Shown here: in pieces, positions 1 to 11,600 of the stretch
How the letters are laid out: each line of letters begins with the position of its first letter
Position numbering within the stretch: the stretch's first letter is position 1
From: Escherichia phage vB_EcoM_Skers
Sequence record: MW748999.1
Reading direction: 5' to 3' (one strand)
DNA length: 64,000 bases
The notes under the pieces: model-generated
Told to the model about the DNA's origin: nothing
What the model saw: the letters and a program-made list of their open reading frames with translations, nothing else
The model's database searches: none
Position numbers and translations under genes: made by a program

Positions 1-36
1 GTAATAAATAAAACGGGTACTATACGAGGACTTCTT

Positions 37-291
37 ATGACAGAAGACATTTTGTTAAAACTCTATGATCGTCTGGATAACGAATTAGCAACATTGCGGG
101 GTGAAGTTCTCTATTTGTCTAAATGCAATACAGATCTGCTTAAGCAGATTGCAGAAAGGGATGACCAAATAAAATCCCTTTCAGGTGCATTACGTGATCG
201 CGACAAGGCATTAGAGATTTTACAGCGTGTTACCAATAAGGAAGAATTAAAAGACTTCTTACATGGTTATGCTCATGCTATCGATCTATAA
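37..291 (+). CDS. hypothetical small coiled-coil protein (84 aa)
   Basis: ORF track; charged/leucine-rich heptad-like sequence; followed by hairpin terminator; no family recognised. Confidence 0.45.
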   Translation: MTEDILLKLYDRLDNELATLRGEVLYLSKCNTDLLKQIAERDDQIKSLSGALRDRDKALEILQRVTNKEELKDFLHGYAHAIDL

Positions 292-292
292 T

Positions 293-324
293 AAAAAAGC
301 CCGTCAATGACGGGCTTAATTTTA
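293..324. terminator. bidirectional rho-independent terminator between convergent genes
   Basis: A-run, 7-bp GC stem GCCCGTC/GACGGGC with 3-nt loop, T-run; lies between stop of + ORF 37..291 and stop of - ORF 322.. Confidence 0.6.
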
Positions 325-1350
325 ATATGTATCAGCTAATTTAATTATGTTATCAAGTTCCGTGATTGGTAAAGTTTCTGTGTATCCATCTTTCAACATG
401 GATTTATCAACAACGCCACAATGATAAGTTCTCTTTATTTCCTTTTCAAGTTCCCACGGAATCCTGCCATCAACACTTTGTTTGACGTAAACAAGTTTGT
501 GAACAAACTTAGATTTCTGCATATGTTGTTTCATTCTGGTTTCCGGTAATTCATTGGTTACACCAAACTTTATAAATTTATCATCTAACGTCTGGATATA
601 AAAATATCCCATCTCAGATGGACGATAGCCAGAAGAACTACATTTCGGACACCCTTTAGCATTTCTATTGAACGTACAATATCTTACAGAAAATTCTGCG
701 TCATGTTTTGTACATTTAAGTTTTATCCATGAATTTGCAGTACCTATCCATTCACCATCGACACCTATATATTCATACCCTAACTTTTTACATTTATCTT
801 CTATTCTAGATAGTGCATCTTCCACGGGAACGACATATTCCGTCTTAAATTGTTCAGCCGCACATTTCTTACAACCACATGTACCATGATTTTTAAAATC
901 AAAGAACTTTGTATTCTTCCAAATATGGTCATGTTTCTTGCATCTAAGAATCATCTTAGTAACTTGTGATTTCCAGCCACCAACAAATCCCAAAAATTCA
1001 TAATCAAGATCTTTACATTTTTCTTCAATGAATTTGGTTGCTTCCTCTTCTGTCATAACTCCCCTACATTGAGGGCAACCAACAATAACCTTTTTAGCAT
1101 AGAAACTATTACTGGAAACATCATAGACAGTTCCATGCTTATTGCATTGGATAACAGATCTAGTCAATTTTCCTTTCCATTCTCCAGAAAATCCTAAGAA
1201 TGTATGGTCGACAAGTTTACACCTTTCAATAACTTTATCCGCAAATTCTCTAGGAGATTTTGTTACCTTGTTTACTCTGTATTCTATTTTTTCCGGTTGA
1301 CGAAGATAATAAACGTGGGGATTGCTCCCCACGGAATTAATATTAAGCAT
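322..1350 (-). CDS. putative nuclease with three Cys/His zinc-ribbon repeats and C-terminal GIY-YIG/T5orf172-like domain (homing-endonuclease-like)
   Basis: ORF track 322..1452; probable start at internal Met (MLNINSV) overlapping stop of upstream gene; three repeats of FLGF-G-W...C-K-H...GCP-x-C; C-terminal GYFYIQ...KFGVTN...R...H pattern typical of GIY-YIG-like domains. Confidence 0.55.
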   Translation of the reverse strand: MLNINSVGSNPHVYYLRQPEKIEYRVNKVTKSPREFADKVIERCKLVDHTFLGFSGEWKGKLTRSVIQCNKHGTVYDVSSNSFYAKKVIVGCPQCRGVMTEEEATKFIEEKCKDLDYEFLGFVGGWKSQVTKMILRCKKHDHIWKNTKFFDFKNHGTCGCKKCAAEQFKTEYVVPVEDALSRIEDKCKKLGYEYIGVDGEWIGTANSWIKLKCTKHDAEFSVRYCTFNRNAKGCPKCSSSGYRPSEMGYFYIQTLDDKFIKFGVTNELPETRMKQHMQKSKFVHKLVYVKQSVDGRIPWELEKEIKRTYHCGVVDKSMLKDGYTETLPITELDNIIKLADTY

Positions 1351-2164
1351 CCTTCCACACCTTCCTTGCATCATAGTTTTTACCTTTAGAAACAAATTTA
1401 TATGTGTTAAGGTAGATAATATTGCTCCAGTCTTTCGGGCTAATCTCAACAAGTTTTGTTTTAATGTGTCCCGGTAGATATGCTTTGATCATGTGATCAC
1501 TTCCACGCATACCTTTTACATCGCTCCATTTGATTTTTAAGCGTGTTTTATTGCTCAAGGTAGGAGTAGATGCATATTGCTTTAAAAGTGCTTCCAGAAA
1601 CTGCTGACGGGCTTTAGGTGTTACATAGTGTAAGTTAAGACCCAGCATTACAGTATTACCCGCCTTTGTCTTAGAATCACCCAGACAAATGATCAGCGGG
1701 AAAACATCCCAATATGGCAAAGTGTCTTTATACTTCGCATCATACATAAAGGTATAGATTCGCCCTACTTGCGGTTTTACAATCTGGTGTCCCTTTATTC
1801 CCGCTTTTATTGTTTTAGTAAACCACTCCTGTGATTTTTCTTTAGGACGACTCTTTGATACAGCACGCATAGACGCACGAAAATCATTAATCATCATCAT
1901 TGCGCGTTGCTGCTTATTGAGACCCTTTGCACCTTTCCCTTTTAGTTTTTCAACTTCTAATGCTGTTTTAATTTCGCTGGCATAACGAGACATACTTTTA
2001 GTGAAAGTCGCATAGGCTATTCCCTTAGAATCTGCAAATGCTTTAGCTGTCATGCCTTTGGCTTTTGCTTTCGCAAATTCTACACCCAATTCGACCCACT
2101 GTTTAGACTTTCTTTTTTGGGGAGACGGCTTTTCGTCTTCTGTGATTATTTCAAATACGCTCAT
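1343..2164 (-). CDS. 2: gp2-like DNA end protector protein (assignment by size and position)
   Basis: 273 aa, basic; sits next to gp4-like and divergent from gene 53 as in T4; no direct motif check possible. Confidence 0.5.
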   Translation of the reverse strand: MSVFEIITEDEKPSPQKRKSKQWVELGVEFAKAKAKGMTAKAFADSKGIAYATFTKSMSRYASEIKTALEVEKLKGKGAKGLNKQQRAMMMINDFRASMRAVSKSRPKEKSQEWFTKTIKAGIKGHQIVKPQVGRIYTFMYDAKYKDTLPYWDVFPLIICLGDSKTKAGNTVMLGLNLHYVTPKARQQFLEALLKQYASTPTLSNKTRLKIKWSDVKGMRGSDHMIKAYLPGHIKTKLVEISPKDWSNIIYLNTYKFVSKGKNYDARKVWKDA

Positions 2165-2175
2165 AATATTATCCT

Positions 2176-2649
2176 CTATTTGTTAAGCCCTTTAAAGCCA
2201 AACACTTTCTTTAATGCATGTTCGGTGATGATCTTAAACTCCATGTTATGCTTTTGGCATAATTTCACGGCAGCTAACCATTTTTCAGTATTTTTTGTGT
2301 ATGTCCATACTTCATGCATATATCGTTGCTTTGTCTTCGCGGTCATTCTTTTTGGCTTTTCCGGTGGCCTTGTCTCTTTAGCTGGTTTAACTTCCCATAA
2401 ATGCTCCTTGCCATCATCAAACTTAACGTAAAAATCCATAAAGTATCTGTGTCTTTTTCCGTCTGTTGATGACTCATAAGGAATTACTACGGTCTCAGAT
2501 CCCCATTTTGCAACTCTAGGATTGCGGTCTAGCCACTGCATGATCCATCTTTCCCAGCTTGAACGGTATGTGATTTTACGTATATCCCCTTTATACTTTT
2601 CCTTATTCTCAGGAACATACTTGCCCTTATAAGTGTTAGATCCTCCCAT
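2176..2649 (-). CDS. 4: gp4-like head completion protein (assignment by size and position)
   Basis: 157 aa; divergently oriented immediately upstream of gene 53 as in T4. Confidence 0.45.
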   Translation of the reverse strand: MGGSNTYKGKYVPENKEKYKGDIRKITYRSSWERWIMQWLDRNPRVAKWGSETVVIPYESSTDGKRHRYFMDFYVKFDDGKEHLWEVKPAKETRPPEKPKRMTAKTKQRYMHEVWTYTKNTEKWLAAVKLCQKHNMEFKIITEHALKKVFGFKGLNK

Positions 2650-2663
2650 TTTAGCACCCTTTA

Positions 2664-2673
2664 TTATAAATAC
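2664..2673 (+). promoter_or_regulatory. T4-type late promoter TATAAATA upstream of gene 53
   Basis: exact TATAAATA about 35 nt upstream of the gene 53 start; coordinates approximate. Confidence 0.5.
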
Positions 2674-2704
2674 ATAATACTATTTATCAATTGAGGGTGA
2701 TAAA

Positions 2705-3259
2705 ATGCTCTTTTCTTTCTTCCCTGCCATTGAATACAACGGCAAGATGATTACTGACATTGTGCGCAATTACCGCGCATATTTCAACGCAATAATTTCT
2801 GATTATAACATACAAACATATTACATTCAAGGTAGTCCACGACCGGAACAAGTTGCATATGAAGTATACGGAAACCAACAACTTTATTGGATCTTGCTGA
2901 TGCTTAATGACGTATACGATCCGTTCCATGACTGGATCACCGATCAAGAGACAGCATATGAATCAGCCGAACAACGATATGCAAACGTAGGAGGAAATCA
3001 AGTATTATACCACGTTGATATTGACGGAAACAAGTATTGGAATCTTACCGAATATCCGAAAGGATCAAGCAATTGGTATGATAAAGGGGATATTCATCAC
3101 CGTTATTTGCAGTTTCAGGGTGCATTATCGGCAGTAGACACACTGGAAGATGCGATCCTCCGTAATGAGGAACGACGCAAGATCAAGATCATAGATCCTA
3201 CACAAATTAAACAATTTATTAACGCATTCATTCGAGAAATGGAAAAGGCTGATGTGTAA
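2705..3259 (+). CDS. 53: gp53 baseplate wedge protein
   Basis: 184 aa immediately upstream of gene 5; N-terminus MLFSFF..NYRAYFNAIISDYN resembles T4 gp53 as remembered. Confidence 0.7.
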   Translation: MLFSFFPAIEYNGKMITDIVRNYRAYFNAIISDYNIQTYYIQGSPRPEQVAYEVYGNQQLYWILLMLNDVYDPFHDWITDQETAYESAEQRYANVGGNQVLYHVDIDGNKYWNLTEYPKGSSNWYDKGDIHHRYLQFQGALSAVDTLEDAILRNEERRKIKIIDPTQIKQFINAFIREMEKADV

Positions 3260-3270
3260 GGTGATTAATT

Positions 3271-5070
3271 ATGCTAATGTTTAATAACTCCGTTAAATGG
3301 TTTACCGGAATTGTAGAAAACAGGGAAGACCCATTAATGCTGGGGCGTGTTCAGGTTAGGATTCATGGTATACATCCCTCGCTATCCGCACACGGTGACA
3401 TTCAAGGTCTTCCAACCGAAGATCTATTATGGATTACGCCAGTACAAGATATTACAAGCGCGGCGATCTCCGGTATAGGTCAAAGCCCTACTGGTATTGT
3501 TGAAGGTTCAATGGTATTTGGTTTGGCTTTAGATGAACGTTATTTAAACTGCGTTATTCTGGGTACTATTGCCGGACAATATACAGAGAAACCACTCACT
3601 ACAGAAGGTTTTTGCGACCCTTCTGGTGCATATCCTCGTTATATTGGTAATGATGTTAATATTCTTGCTCGTGGCGGTATTAACCCAGAAACCGGACAAA
3701 CAACAAAACCTGATAGTGTCTATATTCGAGATGAAAACACTGGAGTTGCAGTAAATCCAGACGACGAGCCATTAGACCAAATTCCGGTTGATGATAATCC
3801 TGATTTTACAATAGAAAAAATGCTGCGGGGCGATGAGGGGTATCGCGAGAAATGGTATCTTGATTCAGAAGGATATCCGACAATAGGCATCGGTCATTTG
3901 ATCATTTATAAGAAAACCAGTGATCTTGGTATTATCAATAATGAACTTTCTAAGCTGGTAGGGCGTGAAGTTACAAACGGAAGACTTACAGCCGAAGAAG
4001 TTAGTAAAGTATTTGCTGACGATATAGAAAAGACTCGTCGTGATATGCGCAAACATCCACGAATTGCACCTGTCTATAATAAATGTAATGCCTCACGTCG
4101 TATGGCATTAGAAAATATGGCGTTTCAAATGGGTGTTGGTGGATTGGGTAAATTTAAGAATAGTCTTGCTGCGATGTTAGCGGAAGAATGGAAACAAGCC
4201 TATGATGGATTACGTCAATCTGTATGGGCTAATCAAACTCCAGGACGGTCAAGCCGTGTTTCTAAAATTATTTTAACTGGTAACTTAGAATCATATGGCG
4301 TAATTGCTCCAAAGAAAGAGGAATCAATTTCTGATGATCCGCGAGCACGTTTGAGAAATGCCCGTATTGCTGCCTATAAGACGCAGAGAGCAGAAGAAGA
4401 CCCAGAAGCACCGTTTACCCCACAAGACACACGAATCATGTTTAAAGAGCCTAAGAGTTCGTATTCTGCAAGGTATCCATATAACCATGTATACGAGTCA
4501 GAGAGCGGTCATATTATCGAGATTGATGATACTCCGTCTCATGAGCGATATCATCGTAAACATCCTTCGGGTACATTTGAAGAAACCAGACCGGACGGAA
4601 CGAGGGTAGAAAAGATCGAAGGTGATGATTATCTGATCGTTAAACAAGGCCGGAAAGTAAACGTTAAGGGTAATTTGCAAGTTGTTGTTGAAGGTGACGC
4701 GCAAGTTTATTATATGGGTAATGTGATACAAACCGTTGATGGTAACGTCACTGAATTTATTCGTGGTAATGTTAATCAGACCGTTGAAGGTACTGCTAAC
4801 ATGCATGTTGTAGGTGATGTTATCGCACAGCTTGACGCTAATTTGACGGCTAATGTCAAGGGTAATGCTGAATTAATGATCGAGGGTAACACTACCGAAA
4901 CAATTAAAGGTAACTATGATTTAACCGTTGAGGGTAATTTTAATATGACCGTCAATGGCACTAAATCAGATCAGGTTAATGGTGACTGGTCCCGTAATTG
5001 TGGTGCAAGCGTTAAAGATATTGCATCTGGTACAGTTAAAATTGATGGTAGCCGTATTGATCTTGGGTGA
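3271..5070 (+). CDS. 5: gp5 baseplate hub subunit / tail-associated lysozyme (cell-puncturing device)
   Basis: 599 aa; N-terminal OB domain; central T4-lysozyme-like segment (DEGYREKWYLDSEGYPTIGIGHLI); C-terminal V-x-G-N octapeptide beta-helix repeats. Confidence 0.9.
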   Translation: MLMFNNSVKWFTGIVENREDPLMLGRVQVRIHGIHPSLSAHGDIQGLPTEDLLWITPVQDITSAAISGIGQSPTGIVEGSMVFGLALDERYLNCVILGTIAGQYTEKPLTTEGFCDPSGAYPRYIGNDVNILARGGINPETGQTTKPDSVYIRDENTGVAVNPDDEPLDQIPVDDNPDFTIEKMLRGDEGYREKWYLDSEGYPTIGIGHLIIYKKTSDLGIINNELSKLVGREVTNGRLTAEEVSKVFADDIEKTRRDMRKHPRIAPVYNKCNASRRMALENMAFQMGVGGLGKFKNSLAAMLAEEWKQAYDGLRQSVWANQTPGRSSRVSKIILTGNLESYGVIAPKKEESISDDPRARLRNARIAAYKTQRAEEDPEAPFTPQDTRIMFKEPKSSYSARYPYNHVYESESGHIIEIDDTPSHERYHRKHPSGTFEETRPDGTRVEKIEGDDYLIVKQGRKVNVKGNLQVVVEGDAQVYYMGNVIQTVDGNVTEFIRGNVNQTVEGTANMHVVGDVIAQLDANLTANVKGNAELMIEGNTTETIKGNYDLTVEGNFNMTVNGTKSDQVNGDWSRNCGASVKDIASGTVKIDGSRIDLG

Positions 5071-5078
5071 GGTAACTA

Positions 5079-5645
5079 ATGGTTGAAATTCTTCCGATGA
5101 GTTCAAAATTGGAGGATATCAGCGAGCGAGAAATCTTTGAGGTGGTGTTCTCTTATAAAGCAACGCCACCGGATGCAAATACCACATACACGATTAAAGA
5201 GTTTAAGATAAGCGAGTATCGCCCTAATAAGGGCGTTACCGTTGAAGAAACTAAAATATCTGGTGAGTATAGGGATAGTTTTTCGCTTGGCGCGGATTCT
5301 CTTAAATATATAACGAAAGATAGAATTAAAAAATCTGCCGGAAGTTTTGATGATTTACCAGATCCAACTACCGCAGATCTATATTATTTTAACGCTCCTA
5401 CACGTCTACAGGAGGTTTATACTTATAAAGTCACCCTAACCTATATCCAATCTGTTTCAGAGTCTTCTGGTGGTTCTGGTGAAGGAAATAGTGGTGGTTC
5501 CAATATCCGAGAGGGTGCTGGTGAAACTAATCCGCCTCCGGTAGTAACCGCACACACAATAGAGAAAGTTTATACTCAAACCGTTTTTGGAAATTGGGAT
5601 GTGTGGAGTAAACAGTTAAGAGATTATGTACATAGGGGTGTTTAA
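5079..5645 (+). CDS. gp5.1-like protein (by position)
   Basis: 188 aa ORF directly after gene 5; Gly/Ser-rich segment; no motif recognised. Confidence 0.45.
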   Translation: MVEILPMSSKLEDISEREIFEVVFSYKATPPDANTTYTIKEFKISEYRPNKGVTVEETKISGEYRDSFSLGADSLKYITKDRIKKSAGSFDDLPDPTTADLYYFNAPTRLQEVYTYKVTLTYIQSVSESSGGSGEGNSGGSNIREGAGETNPPPVVTAHTIEKVYTQTVFGNWDVWSKQLRDYVHRGV

Positions 5646-6452
5646 TGGCTGGCGGGTGTCGATGCCCCGCCGTCATAAATAGTTATATAATGATTTAATA
5701 TGAGGTGTTTTATGATTAAAGTGCATGACGATTTCAAAGAACTTTATAATGTATGCTCTGAACGTTTTTATTATGATGAAACGAGCGGAACAATTAGACG
5801 AAAATATGATTGTAAGAGCAATCATTATAAAGCGGGTGATGTAGTAGGATATAAAAGAAAACAAAAAAGAACAAATAGTGAAGATGATGTGTTCTATCTG
5901 TTTACTAAGATTGATGGAGTTTCTTATTCAATTCAACAAATTGTCTTCTTGCTTACCGAAGGGTATATACCCAATTGCATCGATCACATTAACAGAGACA
6001 CACTAGATAATCACCGTGAAAATCTTCGTGATGCATCGCGAAGCGGAAATGCTCGCAATAAATGCAAGGTATATAAAAATGGTTTCGCCTCTTCCGATTA
6101 CATTGGTGTGTCTAAGCGGGGTTCTGGATTTAGGTGTCGTATTAGAATAGACCATGTTATTGCATATGATGAAACGTTCGAAAATGAAACATCTGCTGCA
6201 TATGCATATAACGTAGAATGTATAAAATTAGGTGTCAGTGAATATACCAACTTTAATAAATTTGAAGACGAAGAATCTGTTAGGAAACTTTACGAAAAAG
6301 AGAAAGAAAATAAAGAGTTTCAAGAATATTGGAAGGGAACACATAAACAGGGTAAACGATGGGGTGCTAAAGTTAAGAGTGTGCGTTTGGGTACATTCGA
6401 AACAAGGGAAGAAGCTAGACTAGCTATAATTCGCTACAAAGAGGGGTTTTGA
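5646..6452 (+). mobile_element. free-standing homing-endonuclease insertion (hairpin plus HNH-AP2 endonuclease gene) between genes 5.1 and 5.4
   Basis: HNH endonuclease gene sits between two conserved baseplate genes, preceded by GGCGGG...CCCGCC hairpin and its own SD. Confidence 0.5.
5712..6452 (+). CDS. HNH homing endonuclease with AP2-type DNA-binding domains
   Basis: ORF track 5700..6452; start moved to second ATG, which has a GAGGTG SD; HNH motif [27 protein letters not shown]; two AP2-like segments ([15 protein letters not shown] and [19 protein letters not shown]). Confidence 0.8.
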   Translation: MIKVHDDFKELYNVCSERFYYDETSGTIRRKYDCKSNHYKAGDVVGYKRKQKRTNSEDDVFYLFTKIDGVSYSIQQIVFLLTEGYIPNCIDHINRDTLDNHRENLRDASRSGNARNKCKVYKNGFASSDYIGVSKRGSGFRCRIRIDHVIAYDETFENETSAAYAYNVECIKLGVSEYTNFNKFEDEESVRKLYEKEKENKEFQEYWKGTHKQGKRWGAKVKSVRLGTFETREEARLAIIRYKEGF

Positions 6453-6745
6453 TGGCTGGTTTATCATATGACAAAGCAAAAACTACTGGACATGGTAATT
6501 ACGGTCCGACAATAATTAATGCAACTCAATCTAAGGTATTTGTTGAGGGTATCCCTGTATTAGTCGAAGGAGACCCAATTACACCACATACAAAAACAAC
6601 AAAGCCTTATGATACACACGGGGGAACTACGGTCGCCAGTACCCCGAAAGTATTTGTTACCGGAAAGAAAGCAATTCAAATGGCAGATCGTATTAGCTGT
6701 GGCGATACCGTCGCTATGGCATCACCGAAGGTATTCATAAAATGA
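6449..6745 (+). CDS. 5.4: gp5.4 PAAR-repeat spike-tip protein
   Basis: 98 aa; PAAR-like repeats ([18 protein letters not shown] ... KVFVTGKK ... SPKVFIK); located between gene 5 region and gene 6. Confidence 0.8.
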   Translation: MMAGLSYDKAKTTGHGNYGPTIINATQSKVFVEGIPVLVEGDPITPHTKTTKPYDTHGGTTVASTPKVFVTGKKAIQMADRISCGDTVAMASPKVFIK

Positions 6746-8646
6746 CAAAGCAAAAGATTACACAAATTCCTGATATTTTTAATGCTGCTACATTCGATGA
6801 AATTAAAAGCGCATTAACAGACTGGATGAGAAACCAGGAAGAATTTAAAGATTTTGATTTTAATGGTGCTGGTATTAACGTATTGATGGACTTGCTCGCA
6901 TATAACACTCTGTATATTCAGCAATTCGCCAACGCCGCTCTATATGAATCTTTTATCAGAACGGCAATTAAGCGTAGTTCAGTTGTTCAAGCCGCGCAAG
7001 ATTTAGGATATTTGCCAGCAAGTAAAACTAGTGCATCGACTACAATTATGTTGCACGTATCCCATCCGCGAAATCCGGCAAGTATTCGAATCCCACGAGG
7101 AACTAAATTTATTGCAAGTGTGGATCGCCAGACGTCTTACCCGTTTGTGACTACAGAAGACGTTGTGAGTGTTTTAGGTTCAAATGGTTTATATACGCCT
7201 ATGCTTAAAGTCGCACAAGGTCGTATTGTTCGTACAGAAATGTTATTTGATCCGAAGAAACAAATTCTGATCCGTGATCCTGATATTGACCGCGCTCAGG
7301 TTAAATTGTGGGTAGATGGTGCTGAATGGAAAGACTGGACGCGAGAAAGCATTGTTAATGCAACTGGCGCTAGTAATATTTTCTATATGCGTGAAACCGT
7401 AGACGGCCATACAGAAATCTTCTTTGGTGAAGGTGAATCAACTTTATCTGCTGCTGGTGGGGCGCTGGAAGCAAATTATATTGGTGGGCTTAAGCCGTCA
7501 ACTGGTGCTAATATTGTTATCGAATATATCAGCACGAAGGGCGCGGAAGCAAACGGTTCAGTTAATTTTACATATGCGGATACCCTTGCATCTATCTCTA
7601 TTGTTAAAATTATTGAGAATCCGACAAATGATCGTGATTATGTCGGCGCAGATGGTGGTGGTGATCCTGAATCAATCGAACGTATCCGTGAACTTGCTCC
7701 GGTAATGCGTGAATCTCAGCGTCGTTGTGTTACTGCTTCCGACTATGAGGCTTTTGTGTCTAGCCGGTTTGGTAGTATTGTTCAGGCGGTACAATGTTTC
7801 ACCGACCGAGAAAAACCGGGTTATGCTTTTGTTGCGGTTAAGCCTAAATCTGGCTTGCGCTTGACAACTGTTCAAAAAGAAGATATGCGGGATTATCTGG
7901 CAAAATATAATCTTGCCCCTATCACTCCGAGCATCATTGACCCTAACTATCTGTATATTAAACAGAATATTAAAGTTTCCTATTCAATCAATGACTTGTC
8001 AGAATCAGAGCAGTGGTTGCGCGGTGCGGTTATTGATCAGATTGATGCATATTATACCGACGAAGTGGAAATTTTTAACCAGACCTTTAGTAAGTCTAAA
8101 ATGCTTGCGCGTATTGACAAAGCTGATGTATCTGTGATAGGTTCTAGTGCAGAAATCGAGATGGTGCGAGAGATCGACAACTTCTATAAAGCACCGATGG
8201 CTGGAATCAAGTTTTTAAACCAGTATAAGAGCGGAATCAAGTCTAGTTCGTTCAACTTCGAAAAGGACGGTAAACAATACCCGATCCATTATGTAAGTAC
8301 AGAAATGAAAAAAGAATCCGGTTTAGCTAAATTGCTGGTTGGACCTTTCCCTGTTGGTTCTGCAATCGCTTTACCGCACTATTCCGGCACTGATTTTGAT
8401 AAAGAGGTTATCGACGGTGCGGACCTATACTTTGAGGTTGGAGAGGTTCAGCATTATGAAGACCTTATTTCATGGGATCTGGGTAAACTGAATATCAATA
8501 GCGATCGCTTTACTGGTTCATATATTGAGTTGACAGCTAAACCGATTGCTGATAACATTTTTACTAAAGACGGTTCTTTGATCGTGTTTGAAAACGATCT
8601 CCGTCCTCAGTACACAACTATTAGTCTGGAGGCAATTGCTCAATGA
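6742..8646 (+). CDS. 6: gp6 baseplate wedge subunit
   Basis: 634 aa, size and position as T4 gp6; start overlaps gp5.4 stop. Confidence 0.85.
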   Translation: MTKQKITQIPDIFNAATFDEIKSALTDWMRNQEEFKDFDFNGAGINVLMDLLAYNTLYIQQFANAALYESFIRTAIKRSSVVQAAQDLGYLPASKTSASTTIMLHVSHPRNPASIRIPRGTKFIASVDRQTSYPFVTTEDVVSVLGSNGLYTPMLKVAQGRIVRTEMLFDPKKQILIRDPDIDRAQVKLWVDGAEWKDWTRESIVNATGASNIFYMRETVDGHTEIFFGEGESTLSAAGGALEANYIGGLKPSTGANIVIEYISTKGAEANGSVNFTYADTLASISIVKIIENPTNDRDYVGADGGGDPESIERIRELAPVMRESQRRCVTASDYEAFVSSRFGSIVQAVQCFTDREKPGYAFVAVKPKSGLRLTTVQKEDMRDYLAKYNLAPITPSIIDPNYLYIKQNIKVSYSINDLSESEQWLRGAVIDQIDAYYTDEVEIFNQTFSKSKMLARIDKADVSVIGSSAEIEMVREIDNFYKAPMAGIKFLNQYKSGIKSSSFNFEKDGKQYPIHYVSTEMKKESGLAKLLVGPFPVGSAIALPHYSGTDFDKEVIDGADLYFEVGEVQHYEDLISWDLGKLNINSDRFTGSYIELTAKPIADNIFTKDGSLIVFENDLRPQYTTISLEAIAQ

Positions 8647-11600
8647 TTAAAGCGCCTAGTGTAACTAGCTTGACAATAGAAAAATTGTCTGCTAATCAGG
8701 CGTATATCACATGGGATGACGTAGGCGAAAACTTCTTTTATTTTGTGGAGTTAGCCGAAACCAGAACACGAGACGGGGAGATCATCCCCGTCGATGAGTT
8801 AAGCTGGGTAAACCTGGGATATACTGCCGAACAAAACTGGTTTGAGGATAAAAACCTTTTTCCAGAATATTATTACAAGTTTCGTGTAGCAGTAGCCGCA
8901 GAAGGATTTGAACAAAGTAAATGGGTTGAAACAGAAGAGTTTCAGACATTTAAAACAAACGCATATAATTTTTCTATGATGCGAGAGTTCAACCTTGCAA
9001 ATGAGTTTATAAAGGAAAAATTTACATACGATAATCGAGAGTATGTCAAGTTTAATACCGACCTTATTCAAGCATCATTGATGAAGGAAGATTTTGTCTT
9101 TAGTCCTGAATATGCAAACATGACAAATATCTCAAACTACATTGTAGTTGATGAGAACTTTCATGAAATACAGGATCACATAGAAAAAGTTTGTACTGAT
9201 ATAAACCGCACTATGTTAGCGGAAATGAACGGTGTTTTGTACCTTTTCGAACGGTTCCAGCCGATCGTGAAAGTGTCAAATGATAAAGGTCAATCATGGA
9301 AAGCATACAAGGCTTTTAATGATCGTGTCGGCAATCCGGTTTCCCGTACATGCGTTTATCAGTCTAAGACTACTACTTACGTTTTAGGATATGACCGTAT
9401 CTTTTACGGACGACAAGCGAGCGATACTCGATGGAGCGCGGATGATGTTCGATTTAGTGATGATACGATCACTTTTGCAAAGGTTGGTGACGAAAACGAC
9501 TTAGGGTTTGACGTTGAGGTCTTTGGTGTATTTTCCAGATTAACAGGTGATACCACAAAATACGCCGAAGCTATGGCGTGCAGTGATGACTATTTGTGGG
9601 TTGGTGCTAAAGATGTTATTCGCCGGATTCGTCTTAAGAATACTCCAGTTGATACCGTACAGGGTTCGCCTACGTTTGGCGAAAAAATATTCGATCCTGA
9701 TGTTATCCGAGTAACAGGAAATGATAAAGCTGTCATTCAGAAAATGGATGTTATCGACGGTAAATTGCTTGTATTTGTTACGGGTGAAGTTAAACAGCGT
9801 TATCAAGATCCGACTAAACCTGAAAACGTTGTCCCATCAGACGATGCGGGTGTATACTTAATTGGGAGTGATGGCCTGTCTTTTCAGCGTGTATTTGGTA
9901 ATACTCCGCAAGAAAGAGAATATATTCAGCACGGATTTAGTAATATGTCAACAAACGGTGATGAGGTGTTCATAAGCCATTATAATCATCACTTCGAAAG
10001 CATTTTACCAGATCCAGAAACTGCCGCGAAATATGAATTGGGCGAAGCTGTAAAATATTCTCAGGAGCCAACTTATCTAACTGATAAGAAAATACATCAA
10101 ACTACTTTCAGAGCAAGTTATGATGATTTGCGTGTTTGGGAGTTAGGACCGCAAGCGTATTATAATGAGGCCGACTATACATGGATGCGTCGAAATGGTG
10201 TTCGTGTGTGGATCACAAATGATAATCGCCCGTTGGTTGTTTATCCAGAGGTTATCTATACTCAAGAAGTTGATACATCTGGCATTCTTGACCAAAATAG
10301 GGTTAACCGAGAAGTTTATGATAAAGGGACCGTGACCTGTTATCTTAACAATGTTAAATTTGAAGGATTCAAACAATATGCATCCGGTGTAATGTTCCAT
10401 AAAAACACAGGAGAGATCATAGGATTCTATCAATTTAACTATCGCGTTCGTGATCAGGTTGGTGTATATTGGAAACCTACAAATGTAGCATTTGTTGCTG
10501 AATTGCAAAATCAGGTTCGAGAGGTTCCCTGGGTTCCGGTTCACTACGATCGAGAGCAAGATCCAGATTTGCGGCCTTTACTGAATAAGATGACCCCTGA
10601 TAGCTTTTTACTTGAGAACGAAAATTTCAGAAAATTCTCTGAATATTATCTGCAATTCTTAAGCGATGGTTCAGGAACATATTATAATAAACTAAAAAAT
10701 CTGATTAAAAACAAATATCCACGCGAGAAAGATGCATATGAGTATCTTTGGTCAGAGATGAACAAACGAAACATCTATGCAGATAAAAACAAGCGAGATG
10801 CGGTAGTAAGATTCTTTGAATCCCGCAAATCAGATTTTTATTCCACTAAGGGCGTGGAGGCTTCTTATAAGTTCTTGTTTAAGTTACTTTATAATGAAGA
10901 TGTGGAAATTGAGGTTGAATCACAAGCCGGACTAGAGTATGATATTGTTGTTAGTTCAACGAACATTGACGAGGATATCGTAGGTCGCACGATTTATACT
11001 CCAACCGGACGGGCTAACGTGACGTATCTTGAAAGGGAATATGAAGGTGGTCGCCTACGCTGGCGAGTAACCATTCATAACCTGATCGGGCGGTTCGAAG
11101 AAGGACAAGTGATCAAATCAGAGAAAACAGCGTTTGAAGGGATGATCCTTGTTGGTGTACGTGGTAAAGAGTTGTTGAGTAGTTCAATCGACTATATCAA
11201 CCGCTCACGAAGCCAATACACCATGAAGATTAAAAGTGCATTGCCAGTTTCGCGCTATGCAAATGATGTAATGCGATTCGTTCATCCTGTCGGCTTTGGG
11301 TTTATCGGTGTTACCCTGCTTACGATGTTCATTAACAGCGGGTTGAGCATGAAGCACACCGAGACGATAATTCAATCTCTGAAAAATTATAAGTTTGACA
11401 GCGGATTTCCTAGCGTGTATCCTGATCGGGTGGCAGACCTTGACGTTGACGGAAACATTAAGAAAGACCCGCTTACCGGAAAAGCATTATATTTGACTTC
11501 ACCTTTAATCGGTGATGAATTTCCGGTTCCTCCTGAATATGATCAGGAGAACAGCGAATTGTTCCACGGACTTAAAGCAAGCGAACGAAGATTTGCAATG

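Noticed and set aside
4660-5000. Short-period DNA repetition in the 3' part of gene 5
   Set aside because: Explained by the V-x-G-N-x-x-x-x octapeptide repeats of the gp5 C-terminal beta-helix needle; a protein-level repeat, not a regulatory or mobile DNA element.
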